64,000 bases of DNA from Olavius algarvensis Delta 4 endosymbiont (GCA_905176665.1 CAJINA010000005.1:33346-97345); one strand, 5' to 3'. Shown: positions 9,910 through 20,889, counted from the stretch's first letter. Translations and numbers: made by a program. Notes: generated by a model from the letters alone, not told the origin.

Positions 9910-10760
9910 TGACCGGCCCCCTGACGCTCAGGTCGCCTGCCAAGATCAACTTGTTTCTCAAAATTACCGGGAAACGGCCGGACGGTTACCATGAACTTGT
10001 GTCGCTCATGTGCGGCATCAGTCTTGCGGATCGGATTGTCCTGAAGCCAGGAAAAGAAGCTATTTCGGTGGCTTGTGAATACCCCGGCGTCCCGGAGGAT
10101 GCGACCAATCTGGCCGCCCGCGCGGCGGCAGCATTTTATGAACGCCACCGGGTGCCGGAAAGGGTGGCCATTGAAATTGAAAAGCAGATTCCGGCCGGTG
10201 CCGGTTTAGGGGGTGGCAGCAGCAACGCCGCGACGGTATTAAAGGGTTTGAACGCGTTCTATGGCCAGCCGCTGACACCCACGGAGCTCTCCGAAATAGG
10301 CGCGACCATTGGCGCCGACGTTCCGTTTTTCCTGTTTAACCGGCCGGCCCTGGCAACCGGAATTGGCGAACGGCTGACCGCATTTGAAGGGCTTGACCGC
10401 CGCAAGGTTTTGGTGATCTATCCCGGATTTGGTATTCCGACTGCGGACGTATACAAAAAACTAAATTTGGGATTGACAAAATGTGAAAATCACCTTAAAT
10501 CATTTCTTTTAAAACAGAATGGGTTTATATCGGCCCAGCATTTGTGCAATGATTTGGAAACAGTTGTAATTCCACGATATCCTGAAATTGCAGCTGCAAA
10601 AAAAAAGTTGATTGAGAATGGGGCAGAAGGGGCGCTGATGTCCGGCAGCGGCTCAAGTATTTTTGGGCTTTTTGCCGAATCCCAGACCGCCCAAACGGCC
10701 GCAGAGGCCTTGGCCCCTCAATATGGTGGTGCGGTTTTCTTGGCGGATCTCCTGGTTTAA
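9909..10760 (+). CDS. ispE: 4-diphosphocytidyl-2-C-methyl-D-erythritol kinase
   Basis: PAKINLFL, GHMP motif IPAGAGLGGGSSNAA, GADVPFF, MSGSGS. Confidence 0.96.
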   Translation: MTGPLTLRSPAKINLFLKITGKRPDGYHELVSLMCGISLADRIVLKPGKEAISVACEYPGVPEDATNLAARAAAAFYERHRVPERVAIEIEKQIPAGAGLGGGSSNAATVLKGLNAFYGQPLTPTELSEIGATIGADVPFFLFNRPALATGIGERLTAFEGLDRRKVLVIYPGFGIPTADVYKKLNLGLTKCENHLKSFLLKQNGFISAQHLCNDLETVVIPRYPEIAAAKKKLIENGAEGALMSGSGSSIFGLFAESQTAQTAAEALAPQYGGAVFLADLLV

Positions 10761-10818
10761 TGAACCAGGTGCCATCAAAACGCCCGATTTTTCTTTGTTT
10801 AATCTCAGGTCTCAAGCA

Positions 10819-10893
10819 TGGGGCGTCGTCAAGTGGCAAGACACAGGGTTTTGGTCCCTGCATTCGTAGGTTCGAATCCTACCGCCCCAGCCA
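10819..10893 (+). tRNA. tRNA-Gln (anticodon TTG)
   Basis: Acceptor stem TGGGGCG/CGCCCCA, anticodon arm CAGGG-TTTTGGT-CCCTG, T-loop GGTTCGAATCC, encoded CCA; canonical ispE-tRNA-prs position. Confidence 0.97.
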
Positions 10894-10967
10894 ACAGTTA
10901 CCAAACGGATGTAAAGTCCGTTTTATAGTTGAGGCAGCGAAACATAAACCCGAGCCAAGGATGAACC

Positions 10968-11909
10968 ATGACTGATTTTGGCATATTTTCAGGAAATTCG
11001 AATCCGGTTCTGGCCAAGAAGATATGCGACTACCTGAATGTGCCCATGGGGGGTGCCAAGGTCAAGACGTTCAGCGATGGCGAGATCCAGATCGAAATCG
11101 AAGAAAATGTGCGCCTGAAAGACATTTTCGTGGTTCAATCCACCTGCGACCCGGTGAACGACAACCTGGTGGAATTGTTGCTGATGATCGATGCTTTCAA
11201 TCGGTCTTCCACCAAGCGGATTACCGCGGTGATTCCTTATTACGGCTATGCCCGACAGGACAAGAAAGTCGCACCCAGGGTACCCATCAGTGCTAAGCTG
11301 GTGGCGGACCTGATCTCCACGGCCGGGGCGGATCGGGTCATCACCATGGATCTGCATGCGGGGCAGATCCAGGGGTTTTTCAGTATACCGGTGGACAACC
11401 TGTTTGCCGCCCCAGTGACGCTGAAACACATAAGGAGCAATTTCGATCAGGAGAATCTGGTCATTGTCTCTCCCGATGCCGGCGGGGCGGAAAGGGCCCG
11501 GGCCTTTGCCAAACGCCTGGGGGCCGGCCTGGCGATCATCGACAAACGCCGCTCGGCGCCCAACGTGGCCAAGGCGATGTCGGTGGTCGGGAACGTTCAA
11601 GATAAAGTTGCCATGATCCTGGATGACATGGCTGATACGGCCGGGACTCTGACCCAGGCTGCCAGTGCGCTCATGGAACACGAGGCCCGCGAGGTGCATG
11701 CGGTCTGCAGCCATGCCGTGCTGTCGGGTCCTGCGGTAGACCGGATTGCCGATTCGCCGCTGAAATCGCTGATTGTGACGGATACCATCCCGCTCAGCGA
11801 CAAGGCGGCCGTGTGTGACAAAATTGAAGTGCTATCCATTGCGGAACTTGTTGGCGAAGCCATCATACGCAGTACAACAGGCGATTCAGTAACGTCGCTT
11901 TTTGTATAA
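10968..11909 (+). CDS. prs: ribose-phosphate pyrophosphokinase
   Basis: [44 protein letters not shown]. Confidence 0.97.
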   Translation: MTDFGIFSGNSNPVLAKKICDYLNVPMGGAKVKTFSDGEIQIEIEENVRLKDIFVVQSTCDPVNDNLVELLLMIDAFNRSSTKRITAVIPYYGYARQDKKVAPRVPISAKLVADLISTAGADRVITMDLHAGQIQGFFSIPVDNLFAAPVTLKHIRSNFDQENLVIVSPDAGGAERARAFAKRLGAGLAIIDKRRSAPNVAKAMSVVGNVQDKVAMILDDMADTAGTLTQAASALMEHEAREVHAVCSHAVLSGPAVDRIADSPLKSLIVTDTIPLSDKAAVCDKIEVLSIAELVGEAIIRSTTGDSVTSLFV

Positions 11910-11933
11910 ATACCACGTTAAGGAGGAAACATT

Positions 11934-12602
11934 TTGGAGTTACTTGAACTAAAAGCCGTTAACAGGACCGATTCAGGCAAAGGCCAGGCCCGGACGCTAC
12001 GCCGGGAGGGCCGCCTGCCCGCGGTTCTGTACGGACGCAATACAGATCCGGTGATGCTGTCAATCAATCTCAGCGAACTGGAAGACATTACCAAAGGCGG
12101 CTCTGCCGGCCAGGCCCTCTTGAGCATTTCAGTCGAGGGGGAGAAAAAGCCGCGTACAGCCATGATTAGAGAGTTGCAGATTTCACCGCTGAGCCGTGAC
12201 TATCTGCATGTCGATTTCTATGAAGTGGATATGAAGAAAAAGATCAACATCATGGTACCGGTGACCACCACCGGCAAGTGTATCGGCATCGAGATGGGCG
12301 GTATGACCCAGCTGATTCGGCGTGAGCTCGAAGTCCTGTGCCTGCCTGACAACGTACCGGAACACATTGAGATCGATATTACCGATCTGAACATCGGCGA
12401 TTCGGTTCACGTGGAAGATGTCCAGCTGGAAGGGGATATTGAGATCCCCCACGATGTCGACTTCACCATTTTGACCATCCTCAGCGCCAAGATGAAGGAA
12501 GAGGAAGTGGAAGAAGAAGAGCTCGAAGAAGGCGAAGAGGGCGTTGAAGAAGGCGAAGAGGCGGAAGCCGAAGGCGAAGAAACCGCCGAAAAAGAAGAGT
12601 AG
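11934..12602 (+). CDS. rplY: 50S ribosomal protein L25/Ctc with acidic tail
   Basis: GKGQARTLRREGRLPAVLYG, LHVDFY; GGAGG RBS with TTG start. Confidence 0.95.
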   Translation: MELLELKAVNRTDSGKGQARTLRREGRLPAVLYGRNTDPVMLSINLSELEDITKGGSAGQALLSISVEGEKKPRTAMIRELQISPLSRDYLHVDFYEVDMKKKINIMVPVTTTGKCIGIEMGGMTQLIRRELEVLCLPDNVPEHIEIDITDLNIGDSVHVEDVQLEGDIEIPHDVDFTILTILSAKMKEEEVEEEELEEGEEGVEEGEEAEAEGEETAEKEE

Positions 12603-12604
12603 TT

Positions 12605-13237
12605 TTGGAATTGGGCCGACCTGTGACGGAGGACTTCTTATACAACGAGCCTCCGCAGATCAAGCTCATTGCGGGCCTTGGTAACCCCGGGCCCGATTAC
12701 CGGGATACCCGGCACAATATAGGTTTTCGGGTGGTGGATACCCTGGCCCGACGTTACACTATCGGGTGGGATTTCTCGGAGCCCGGACTTGAGTTTGGCC
12801 GGGGGGCCGTTAAAGGCCGCGCTGTACAGCTGCTCAAGCCGCAGCGCTACATGAATCGCAGTGGGCCGCCGGTAGTCGCTTTTTTAGAAAAATTTTGCAT
12901 ATCACACAGGGAGATATTGGTCATCCATGATGATATCGACCTGGAATTTGGAAGATTAAAAATAAAAAAGAAAGGGGGCGATGGCGGACACAAAGGTATA
13001 AGATCAATGATAGATGCCTTTGGAACCGGAGATTTCGCAAGACTCCGCGTGGGCATTGATCATCCCGGAGAAGAGGTTGATGTGGTGGACCACGTCCTGG
13101 GGCAGTATAACGACCGGGAGGCGGGAAACCTGGCAGAATTCATCAACCGGGCTTCGAAAGCTTCAGTTACGGTGCTTTGCGACGGTGTCAACGCAGGTAT
13201 GAATCAGTTTAACCGTAAAAGCGCCACAAATTTTTAA
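12605..13237 (+). CDS. pth: peptidyl-tRNA hydrolase (start uncertain)
   Basis: [34 protein letters not shown]. Confidence 0.95.
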   Translation: MELGRPVTEDFLYNEPPQIKLIAGLGNPGPDYRDTRHNIGFRVVDTLARRYTIGWDFSEPGLEFGRGAVKGRAVQLLKPQRYMNRSGPPVVAFLEKFCISHREILVIHDDIDLEFGRLKIKKKGGDGGHKGIRSMIDAFGTGDFARLRVGIDHPGEEVDVVDHVLGQYNDREAGNLAEFINRASKASVTVLCDGVNAGMNQFNRKSATNF

Positions 13238-13259
13238 CATTTTCAATATGGAGGTAAGC

Positions 13260-15269
13260 ATGGAAGTATTGTTGAGCAATATCCCGTTGGTATGCACACT
13301 CACCGGTGTTGTGGGAATTATTTTTGCCCTCATCCTGGCAATGGCTGTTAAGAGTGCCCCCGCGGGTAACGAAAGAATGCAGGAAATTGCCGGCGCAATC
13401 CAGGAAGGCGCGGTTGCCTACCTGAATCGCCAGATGAAATCCATGGGTATTACCGGGATTATCATTTTCGCAGTTATTTTCGCTACTTTGGGCGCCAAGA
13501 CTGCCGCTGGATTTGCCGTAGGCGCCATCGCGTCCTTTTTCGCAGGCTACATCGGCATGCGCGTATCCGTTCTGGCCAACGTCAGGACCGCCGAAGCTGC
13601 CCGAAACGGCATGGCGGCCGGCCTGTCCATGGCTTTCAGGGGCGGTACCGTGACCGGTATGATCGTAGCCGGCCTGGCGCTCACTTCTGTTGCCGGTTTC
13701 TATATGTTTACGCACGACATCATGGCCCTGGTTGCTCTCGGATTCGGCGGCAGCCTGATCTCTATCTTCGCCCGTCTGGGCGGCGGCATCTTCACCAAGG
13801 GTGCGGATGTAGGCGCCGACCTGGTAGGTAAAGTCGAAGCCGGTATTCCCGAAGACGATCCACGCAACCCGGCCACTATCGCCGACAACGTGGGTGACAA
13901 TGTGGGTGACTGTGCCGGTATGGCCGCAGACCTTTTTGAAACCTACGCGGTAACCGCCGTAGCTGCCATGCTGATCGGCAGCCTGCTGTTCCCCAAAAAT
14001 GCTATGGCGGTTGAATTCCCGCTGATTCTCGGCGCCATCTCCATTATCGCTTCCATCCTCGGCAGCTTTATGGTCAGACTGGGCAGCAGCGGATACGTAA
14101 TGGGCGCCCTGTACAAAGGCATGTTTGGCTCCGCCATCCTGTCCGCCATTGCGTTTTACTTTGTCACCATGAAGTACATGGGCAATGTGGGCGATCTGAC
14201 TGCTATCAACATTTACTACTGTACCCTGATCGGCCTGATTCTCACCGTGGTCATCGTTATCATTACCGAGTACTACACCGGTATTTATGCCCCGGTTAAG
14301 AGAATTGCTGACGCGTCCACCACCGGACATGGTACCAACATCATCGCCGGCCTGGCCGTCTCCATGCAGGCCACCGCGCTGCCGATCCTGGCCATCTGCC
14401 TGAGCATCTTCCTGGCGTTCAAATTTGGCGGTCTTTACGGAATCGCCATGGCAGCCATGTCCATGCTCTCCATGACCGGTATGGTTATTGCCATTGACGC
14501 CTACGGCCCGATCACCGACAACGCCGGTGGTATCGCCGAAATGGCCGAGATGGACGAGAGTGTTCGCGCGATTACCGATCCGTTGGATGCTGTTGGTAAC
14601 ACCACCAAGGCCGTAACCAAAGGGTATGCCATCGGCTCCGCCGGTCTGGCCGCCCTGGTTCTGTTCGCAGCCTACGTCCAGGAATTCGCCATTCACGGCG
14701 GCACTGCCGACATCCGTTTTGACCTGGCCGACGTAAACGTTATCCTGGGTCTCTTCATCGGCGGTCTGCTGCCATACCTGTTCGCTTCCATCGCCATGGA
14801 GGCGGTTGGAAACGCCGGTGCCGCAGTTGTTGTTGAAGTCCGTCGCCAGTTTGCCGAGATCCCGGGCATCATGGAAGGGACTGCCAAACCGGATTATGCT
14901 GCTTGTGTTGACATTGTCACCAAGTTTGCTCTCAAAGAGATGATGGTTCCGGCACTTCTGCCGATAGCCGCTCCGCTGATCGTTGGCTTCCTGCTGGGCA
15001 AAGTCGCCCTGGGTGGTTTGCTCATCGGTTCCATTGTAACCGGCGTTTTCGTTGCGATCTCCATGACCACCGGTGGTGCGGCGTGGGATAACGCGAAAAA
15101 ATACATCGAAGACGGCAACCTCGGCGGCAAGGGCTCCGACGCCCATAAAGCTGCCGTTACCGGCGACACCGTAGGCGACCCCTACAAAGATACTGCCGGC
15201 CCGGCCGTTAACCCGATGATCAAGATTCTGAATGTTGTGGCCCTTCTGATGGTTCCGTTCCTGATGTAA
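13260..15269 (+). CDS. hppA: membrane-bound H+-translocating pyrophosphatase, K+-independent type
   Basis: [42 protein letters not shown] (Lys variant), [11 protein letters not shown]; GGAGG RBS before ATG 13260. Confidence 0.95.
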   Translation: MEVLLSNIPLVCTLTGVVGIIFALILAMAVKSAPAGNERMQEIAGAIQEGAVAYLNRQMKSMGITGIIIFAVIFATLGAKTAAGFAVGAIASFFAGYIGMRVSVLANVRTAEAARNGMAAGLSMAFRGGTVTGMIVAGLALTSVAGFYMFTHDIMALVALGFGGSLISIFARLGGGIFTKGADVGADLVGKVEAGIPEDDPRNPATIADNVGDNVGDCAGMAADLFETYAVTAVAAMLIGSLLFPKNAMAVEFPLILGAISIIASILGSFMVRLGSSGYVMGALYKGMFGSAILSAIAFYFVTMKYMGNVGDLTAINIYYCTLIGLILTVVIVIITEYYTGIYAPVKRIADASTTGHGTNIIAGLAVSMQATALPILAICLSIFLAFKFGGLYGIAMAAMSMLSMTGMVIAIDAYGPITDNAGGIAEMAEMDESVRAITDPLDAVGNTTKAVTKGYAIGSAGLAALVLFAAYVQEFAIHGGTADIRFDLADVNVILGLFIGGLLPYLFASIAMEAVGNAGAAVVVEVRRQFAEIPGIMEGTAKPDYAACVDIVTKFALKEMMVPALLPIAAPLIVGFLLGKVALGGLLIGSIVTGVFVAISMTTGGAAWDNAKKYIEDGNLGGKGSDAHKAAVTGDTVGDPYKDTAGPAVNPMIKILNVVALLMVPFLM

Positions 15270-15304
15270 TCTGGGCTTAGCAGTATTCAAATCTGTTCAA
15301 CGTT

Positions 15305-15341
15305 AAAAGGATTGGCGCCCTTGGGGCGCCAATCCTTTTTT
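15305..15341 (+). terminator. intrinsic terminator after hppA
   Basis: AAAAGGATTGGCGCCC / GGGCGCCAATCCTTTTTT hairpin with T run. Confidence 0.85.
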
Positions 15342-15505
15342 ATTGAATGAACCCCAAAGGTGTGATATAAAGCATATTGTACAGAATTTTGAGGAAATTC
15401 CACCTAACAGCACTCAACCGCCAGTTGGCTTTCTTCAAGTACAACATCCAGCGACCAAGCAGCACATAACCATTTTTCACGGGTAAAACCAACGGGTAAA
15501 ACCAA

Positions 15506-16090
15506 ATGGATAAAAAAGACAACGGCAATCCGGCCTCCGAACCGCAGGGCGAGATTAAAAAATTCGAGGTTGGAGATCTGGCCGTGTATCCTGCCCATGG
15601 GGTGGGACGTATCGAAGCCATTGAGAGCCGGGACGTCAATGGTGAAACCCACGATTTCTATATCATGAAAGTGCTGGAAAACGGCATGGTTATAATGATT
15701 CCCACCTGGAACGTGGCTTCGGTTGGGTTAAGGGACATTATCGACGAGAAGGATGTGCCCAAAGTATACGATGTCATGAAGGGCAAACGCAACGCCAACC
15801 TGGAAAGCCAGACCTGGAACCGGCGCTACCGTGAATATATGGATAAGATCAAAACCGGTTCGCCCTATGATGTGGCTGAAGTTTTCCGGGATCTTTCCCT
15901 GCTCAAGTTTACCAAGGACCTCTCCTTCGGGGAACGCAAACTTTACGACACCGCCCAAATTCTCCTGGTCAAGGAGTTGTCGACTGCCAAGAATACAGAT
16001 GAAGCTTCTATAGCCGCCGAATTGGATGCTCTGATCGAAGAGCAGCGACCGGTGGAGCCGCCTCCGGAATCTGAAGAAGCGTCATCTTAA
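15506..16090 (+). CDS. carD: CarD family transcription factor
   Basis: FEVGDLAVYPAHGVGRI, WNRRYRE, LSFGERKL. Confidence 0.95.
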   Translation: MDKKDNGNPASEPQGEIKKFEVGDLAVYPAHGVGRIEAIESRDVNGETHDFYIMKVLENGMVIMIPTWNVASVGLRDIIDEKDVPKVYDVMKGKRNANLESQTWNRRYREYMDKIKTGSPYDVAEVFRDLSLLKFTKDLSFGERKLYDTAQILLVKELSTAKNTDEASIAAELDALIEEQRPVEPPPESEEASS

Positions 16091-16096
16091 CAACAG

Positions 16097-17113
16097 GTGC
16101 TTCCCGGCACCGCACAGACATTGAACACTCCTCAACGTTCTCAAGACAGTCACCCCTTTTCTTTTGAGATATCTTCGTCCGACGTTGGCCTGCGCCTGGA
16201 CGCTGTCATTGGTTCCCATGTTCCCGATTGTTCCCGTTCACACGCCGCCCGCCTGATCCGCGCCGGCTTGATCCGGGTGAACACCCTCCTGAAAAAGCCC
16301 GGTTACCGGGTAAAATGGGCTGATCGGGTGGACGGAGAAATGCCGCCGCCGGAAACCGTTGCTTTCGACCCGGAACCAATGGATCTCAATGTTCTTTATG
16401 AGGATCAAGACATCATCGTGATCAACAAGCCGCCGGGGTTGGTGGTCCACCCCGCACCGGGTCATTATTCCGGGACCCTCGTAAATGGTCTGCTGCATCA
16501 TTGTCCGGACCTGGCACCCATTGCCGGCGAGATCCGCCCCGGCATTGTTCATCGCCTGGACAAAGACACGTCCGGGGCCCTCATTGCTGCTAAAAATGCT
16601 GCGGCCCTGGAACATCTGGCCGGGCAATTCAAGGACCGCACCGTGGTCAAAACCTATCTGGCGCTTGTCTATGGCGTCATGCCGCAAGACCAGGGCGAGA
16701 TAGACCTGGCGGTGGGGCGTCATCCGACGGAACGCAAAAAAATGTCGGTGGCCAGTCGCCGGGGGCGTGCGGCGTTAACCCTTTGGAAAGTCAAGTCGTG
16801 TTTTAATGCGTGCAGTCTATTGGAGATCGACCTCAAGACCGGCCGGACCCATCAGATCCGAGTGCACTGTGCCGCCATCCACCATCCAATCATCGGAGAC
16901 AGCCTCTATGGCGGCCGGACCGGCAGCCAGTACCGCCGCCAGGACGCAAAGTTGGATGCCCTGTCAAGGGGCGTTAAACGGCAACTGCTGCACGCCTGGC
17001 GGTTAACCCTGGACCACCCCTTGAGTGGCGAGCGGATGACCTTTGAGGCGCCTTTGGCGGAGGATATACAGACACTTCTGGATGGGCTTGAACAAAGCCA
17101 AAATCCCCAATAG
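16097..17113 (+). CDS. rluD: RluA/RluD family 23S rRNA pseudouridine synthase
   Basis: S4 domain, NKPPGLVVHPAPG, GIVHRLDKDTSG, TGRTHQIRVH. Confidence 0.88.
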   Translation: MLPGTAQTLNTPQRSQDSHPFSFEISSSDVGLRLDAVIGSHVPDCSRSHAARLIRAGLIRVNTLLKKPGYRVKWADRVDGEMPPPETVAFDPEPMDLNVLYEDQDIIVINKPPGLVVHPAPGHYSGTLVNGLLHHCPDLAPIAGEIRPGIVHRLDKDTSGALIAAKNAAALEHLAGQFKDRTVVKTYLALVYGVMPQDQGEIDLAVGRHPTERKKMSVASRRGRAALTLWKVKSCFNACSLLEIDLKTGRTHQIRVHCAAIHHPIIGDSLYGGRTGSQYRRQDAKLDALSRGVKRQLLHAWRLTLDHPLSGERMTFEAPLAEDIQTLLDGLEQSQNPQ

Positions 17114-17145
17114 GTTAATCTCTGAAGCAATGCGGAGGAAGACAA

Positions 17146-17266
17146 TCCCCCTCCCTTGACGGGAGGGGTTAGGGGAGGGTGAAGGTCAAAGGAGGCCGCT
17201 TCCCCAGTCTATCCAGGCAGACCCACCAGCACTCCCACCCAACCTCCCCCGTCAAGGGGGAGGAGT
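17146..17266. repeat. inverted pair of REP-like sequences
   Basis: CCCCTCCCTTGACGGGAGGGG...GAGGGTG and inverted CCCACCC...CCTCCCCCGTCAAGGGGGAGG between convergent genes. Confidence 0.7.
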
Positions 17267-17468
17267 AGACTGAGGGAGTGCAAAAGGGTTTTCAAAATCG
17301 AAATCGCCATCGGGATCGAAATCGAGGGGTCTCCGCTACGGTTTTCAATCCCGTCCCGATTTCGACTTCGGGTCCGATGATGGATCCCTACTCCTGATCC
17401 AGACAGATCGGGGATCATCAGCCCCATAGAAAAAGCAGATTAAGAGCAAGCGTAAGATTAAGAAAAAG

Positions 17469-17501
17469 AAAACGCCGCGATCAAATTGACTGCGGCGTTT
17501 T
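17469..17501. terminator. bidirectional intrinsic terminator between rluD and rnfB
   Basis: AAAACGCCGC...GCGGCGTTTT. Confidence 0.7.
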
Positions 17502-17521
17502 TGAATTTTAAACTGCCAATG

Positions 17522-19645
17522 TTAAGCAGCCCGCTCGTCGTCCTTGTCGTAGCAGATCCGGCAGCAGTTCAGGCAGCGGTTGGCTTCGTATTTGGCATCT
17601 TCTTCGGAAATGACCAGGTCCGCCTCTTCGAAGCATTTGATGCGGGCCGCCACGTCCATTTCAGGCATGGGGGTTCGTTTTTGCTTGCCCACCCCCGGAA
17701 CCTCCTCAAAAAGTGATTCCGGTATGTGCTTCTTCAGCAGAGATTTCGGTACCGGCGGAATCGTGACCTCGACCGGCTCTTCCGCTTCTTCATCTTGTCC
17801 CATCAGGTAGAGATGGATGGAGCGGGCCGCGCGGCGGCCCCCGCCGATGGCTTCTACGACCAGGCTGGCGCCGGTGGCCGAGTCACCGCCTGTGAAGATA
17901 TACGGGATGTTGGCCTGCAGGATTTCGGGATCGTTGTCGATGGTGCTCCAACGGGTCAGTTCCAGATCGGCCAGGTCGGCATCTTTGTCTTTAAAAGATG
18001 CATCCGGTCCCTGTCCAATGGCGGTCACCAGCATGTCGATATCCAGAAGGGTTTCAGATCCTTCAACCGGAACCGGGCTCCGGCGGCCGCTGGCATCGGG
18101 TTCGCCGAGTTCACATTTAAGGTACTCAAGGTTTGTGACCCGGCCGTTTTCATCGCCGATTACGCGGGTGGGGGCGGCCAGGAAATGGAAGTTGACCCCT
18201 TCGTGCTCGGCCGCTTCAATCTCAACCAGGTTGGCGGGCATTTCCGCACGGGTCCGGCGGTAGAGAATGGTCACCTCATCGGCGCCCAGTCGCACCAGGG
18301 TCCGCACACAGTCGATGGCCGTATTGCCGCTGCCGATAACCACGCACTTTTTCCCGATGGGAAAGCCCTTGGGATTTTCAGACTGCTGGTCGCTGGCAAA
18401 GGCGGTCAAAAAGCTGATGCCGGTGTAGCAACCCTCCAGATCTTCGCCATCCACTCGCAGCGAGTAGTCCTTCCAGGCGCCGATGCCGAGAAAGATAGCG
18501 TCATACCCGGCTTCCTTAAGGGTGGCGACGGTGAAATCCTCACCCATCTTCATGTTCATGCGGGCGTCGATGCCCAGATTCAGGATCCCGTCACATTCCC
18601 ATTTCAGGACTTCTTTGGGCAGGCGGTATTCAGGGATGCCGTAGCGGATCATACCGCCCAGTTCCGGCATCATGTCGAATATGGTGACGTCGTGTCCGAG
18701 GCGGCGCAGGAAGAATGCGCAGCTCAAGCCGGCCGGACCGCCGCCGACCACGGCTACTTTCTTGTCGGTGGATGGCGCGCAGGAGATGGGCAGGCGGCTG
18801 CCGGAGTTCATCTCGTAATCAGCCGCAAACCTTTTGAGCTGGTTGATGGAGACTGGTTCGTCATCTTCGATATCCCGACGGCAGTAGTCTTCACAGGGGT
18901 GCGGACACACCCGGCCGCAAGACAGCAGCAGCGGGTTCCGTTCCCGAATGGTATGTACTGCGCCGGCATAATCCCCTTCGCGAATCTGAGAGATGTACTT
19001 GGGAATATTGATCTCGGCCGGACAGGTCTGGGCGCACGGGGCCAGGGCATCGTCTTCCTGGTTGAAATGGAGCAGCCGTTCGGACATGGTCCGGACGGTC
19101 AGGATATTTTTCGGGCAGGCCTTTTCACAGGCGCCACAGCCGACACACAGGGCTTCATCGACCACCGGAAAGCCGTTGGGGCCGATCTCGATGGCGTTGA
19201 AGATACACGAGCGCACACAGTCACCCATGCCCAGGCAGCCGACCTGGCACACCCGTTTACCGCCGTAAAGGGTACTTAAAGCGGCACAGGAGCTGACGCC
19301 CATATAGGCATACTGATTTTCGGCCCGATCGCCGCCTTCACAAAGATTACGGGACAACGACGCTTCGGCGGTTCCGGGGTCCATGCCCATCACCCCGGCC
19401 ACAGCGGCCGCGGTATCGGGGCCGGCCACCACGCACACCGTGGGCAAGGCCTTGCCGTTGACGACAGCCACGGCGGCCGCCGAACAGCCGGCATAACCGC
19501 ATCCGCCGCAGTTGGCTCCGGCCAGTTCCCCTTCGACTTCAGCAATCCGGGGATCTTCCCAGACATAGAATACTTTGGACGCTACACTCAGTACGGTGCC
19601 GCACAGGGCACCTACTCCCATCAGAACAAGAACGGCTTCAACCAA
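17522..19645 (-). CDS. rnfB: RnfB fused to a GltD/NfnB-like FAD-dependent NAD(P)H oxidoreductase
   Basis: N-terminal TM helix, CGGCGYAGC, ferredoxin motifs CLGMGDCVRSC and CVGCGACEKAC; then CAQTCP..CGRVCPHPCE, GGGPAG, GSGNTAID..YRR, EANRCLNC. Confidence 0.9.
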   Translation of the reverse strand: MVEAVLVLMGVGALCGTVLSVASKVFYVWEDPRIAEVEGELAGANCGGCGYAGCSAAAVAVVNGKALPTVCVVAGPDTAAAVAGVMGMDPGTAEASLSRNLCEGGDRAENQYAYMGVSSCAALSTLYGGKRVCQVGCLGMGDCVRSCIFNAIEIGPNGFPVVDEALCVGCGACEKACPKNILTVRTMSERLLHFNQEDDALAPCAQTCPAEINIPKYISQIREGDYAGAVHTIRERNPLLLSCGRVCPHPCEDYCRRDIEDDEPVSINQLKRFAADYEMNSGSRLPISCAPSTDKKVAVVGGGPAGLSCAFFLRRLGHDVTIFDMMPELGGMIRYGIPEYRLPKEVLKWECDGILNLGIDARMNMKMGEDFTVATLKEAGYDAIFLGIGAWKDYSLRVDGEDLEGCYTGISFLTAFASDQQSENPKGFPIGKKCVVIGSGNTAIDCVRTLVRLGADEVTILYRRTRAEMPANLVEIEAAEHEGVNFHFLAAPTRVIGDENGRVTNLEYLKCELGEPDASGRRSPVPVEGSETLLDIDMLVTAIGQGPDASFKDKDADLADLELTRWSTIDNDPEILQANIPYIFTGGDSATGASLVVEAIGGGRRAARSIHLYLMGQDEEAEEPVEVTIPPVPKSLLKKHIPESLFEEVPGVGKQKRTPMPEMDVAARIKCFEEADLVISEEDAKYEANRCLNCCRICYDKDDERAA

Positions 19646-19677
19646 AATAACCTCCCTCGTATACGAGAAGCACTATT

Positions 19678-20253
19678 TTACACCATACCCTTGAATGCAT
19701 AGAAAGCCAGTGAAAGTACCCCGGCGGTTACCAGGGCGATGGACGTATCCTGCAGTGGCTTGGGAACCCGGGCCAGGAGAATTTTTTCACGCAGCCCGGC
19801 AAAGATGATCAGGGCCAGTCCGAACCCAACCGCATAGGCAAAAGAAGCCACCAGGGCCTCCATAAAGGTGCGTTCAAAGTCGATATTGAGAACGCAGGCG
19901 CCGAACACGGCACAGTTGGTGGTGATCAGGGGCAGGAAAATACCCAGTCCGGCATACAGGGCCGGAATACTTTTCTTCAGGAACATCTCCACGAACTGCA
20001 CCAGTGAGGCGACTACCACGATAAAGGCGATGGTCCGCAGGTAGACCAGGTCGGCGGGGACCAGGACAAAGTGGTAGGTGATCCAGGAGATCAAGCCGGC
20101 CATGACCAGCACGAAGACAACGGCCATGGCCATACCAACCGCGGTTTCCATTTTCTTGGAGGTTCCAAGGAAAGGGCAGTTGCCCAAAAACTGGGCCAGC
20201 AGAATATTGTTGACGAAGATGCAACTAACAATAAGGACGATGTAGTCACCCAT
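19678..20253 (-). CDS. rnfA: Rnf complex subunit A
   Basis: NNILLAQFLGNCPFLG, LPLITTNCAV; ATG at 20253 with GGAGG RBS. Confidence 0.93.
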   Translation of the reverse strand: MGDYIVLIVSCIFVNNILLAQFLGNCPFLGTSKKMETAVGMAMAVVFVLVMAGLISWITYHFVLVPADLVYLRTIAFIVVVASLVQFVEMFLKKSIPALYAGLGIFLPLITTNCAVFGACVLNIDFERTFMEALVASFAYAVGFGLALIIFAGLREKILLARVPKPLQDTSIALVTAGVLSLAFYAFKGMV

Positions 20254-20264
20254 GAGGGGGCCTC

Positions 20265-20879
20265 CTATTTCTGGCCTAACATGTTCATACCGCACAGCAT
20301 GACACCCAGGCAGACAAAGGCGCCGGGTGCCTGTACCATGAAAGTAAATGCTTGAAATCCTGGGAAGTAAGTAGCTATGTTCAACAGCGGGTCTCCCCAC
20401 AGCGTCAGGGTGCCGGCACCCAGTATTTCGCGAAACGCCCCTAAGGCACCCAGCGATATGGTGAACCCCAGGCCGATCCCCAGTCCGTCCGCCAGCGACA
20501 GTACCAGGCCGTTTTTAGACGCAAACGCCTCGGCCCGGCCCAGCACGATGCAGTTCACCACGATCAGCGGGATAAACACCCCCAATTGCAGAAACAGCTC
20601 GTAGGTATAGGCCTGCATGAGCATTTCCACCAGGACGACGAACGTGGCGATGATGATGATGAAGCATGGAACGCGGACTTTGGGGGGAATCACCTTGCGC
20701 AGGGAGGAAACCAACAGGTTCGAACACACCAGTACAAAGGTGGTGGCCAGCCCCATGCCGAGCCCGAACTGCATCTTGGTGGTGACCCCCAGCACGGGGC
20801 ACAACCCGAGAACCAGGCGGAAGGGCGCAATTTCTTCCCAGAAACCTTTAAAAAATTCGTGGGTAACAGACTTTGCCAT
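20265..20879 (-). CDS. rnfE: Rnf complex subunit E
   Basis: LGLCPVLGVT, IPLIVVNCIVLGRAEAFASKN. Confidence 0.95.
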   Translation of the reverse strand: MAKSVTHEFFKGFWEEIAPFRLVLGLCPVLGVTTKMQFGLGMGLATTFVLVCSNLLVSSLRKVIPPKVRVPCFIIIIATFVVLVEMLMQAYTYELFLQLGVFIPLIVVNCIVLGRAEAFASKNGLVLSLADGLGIGLGFTISLGALGAFREILGAGTLTLWGDPLLNIATYFPGFQAFTFMVQAPGAFVCLGVMLCGMNMLGQK

Positions 20880-20889
20880 CAGTATCTCC

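Noticed and set aside
10760-10975. 71-aa ORF between ispE and prs
   Set aside because: It overlaps the tRNA-Gln gene.
13209-15290. 693-aa antisense ORF over hppA
   Set aside because: Shadow of a highly codon-biased gene; no recognisable motifs.
15478-15505. Direct repeat ACGGGTAAAACCAA x2 before carD
   Set aside because: A real duplication, but there is no support for function from the sequence alone.
17726-19279. 517-aa plus-strand ORF opposite rnfB, and similar shadow ORFs over ftsZ, murC, ftsI and rnfC
   Set aside because: Antisense frames in GC-rich coding DNA; the opposite strand holds well-identified genes.
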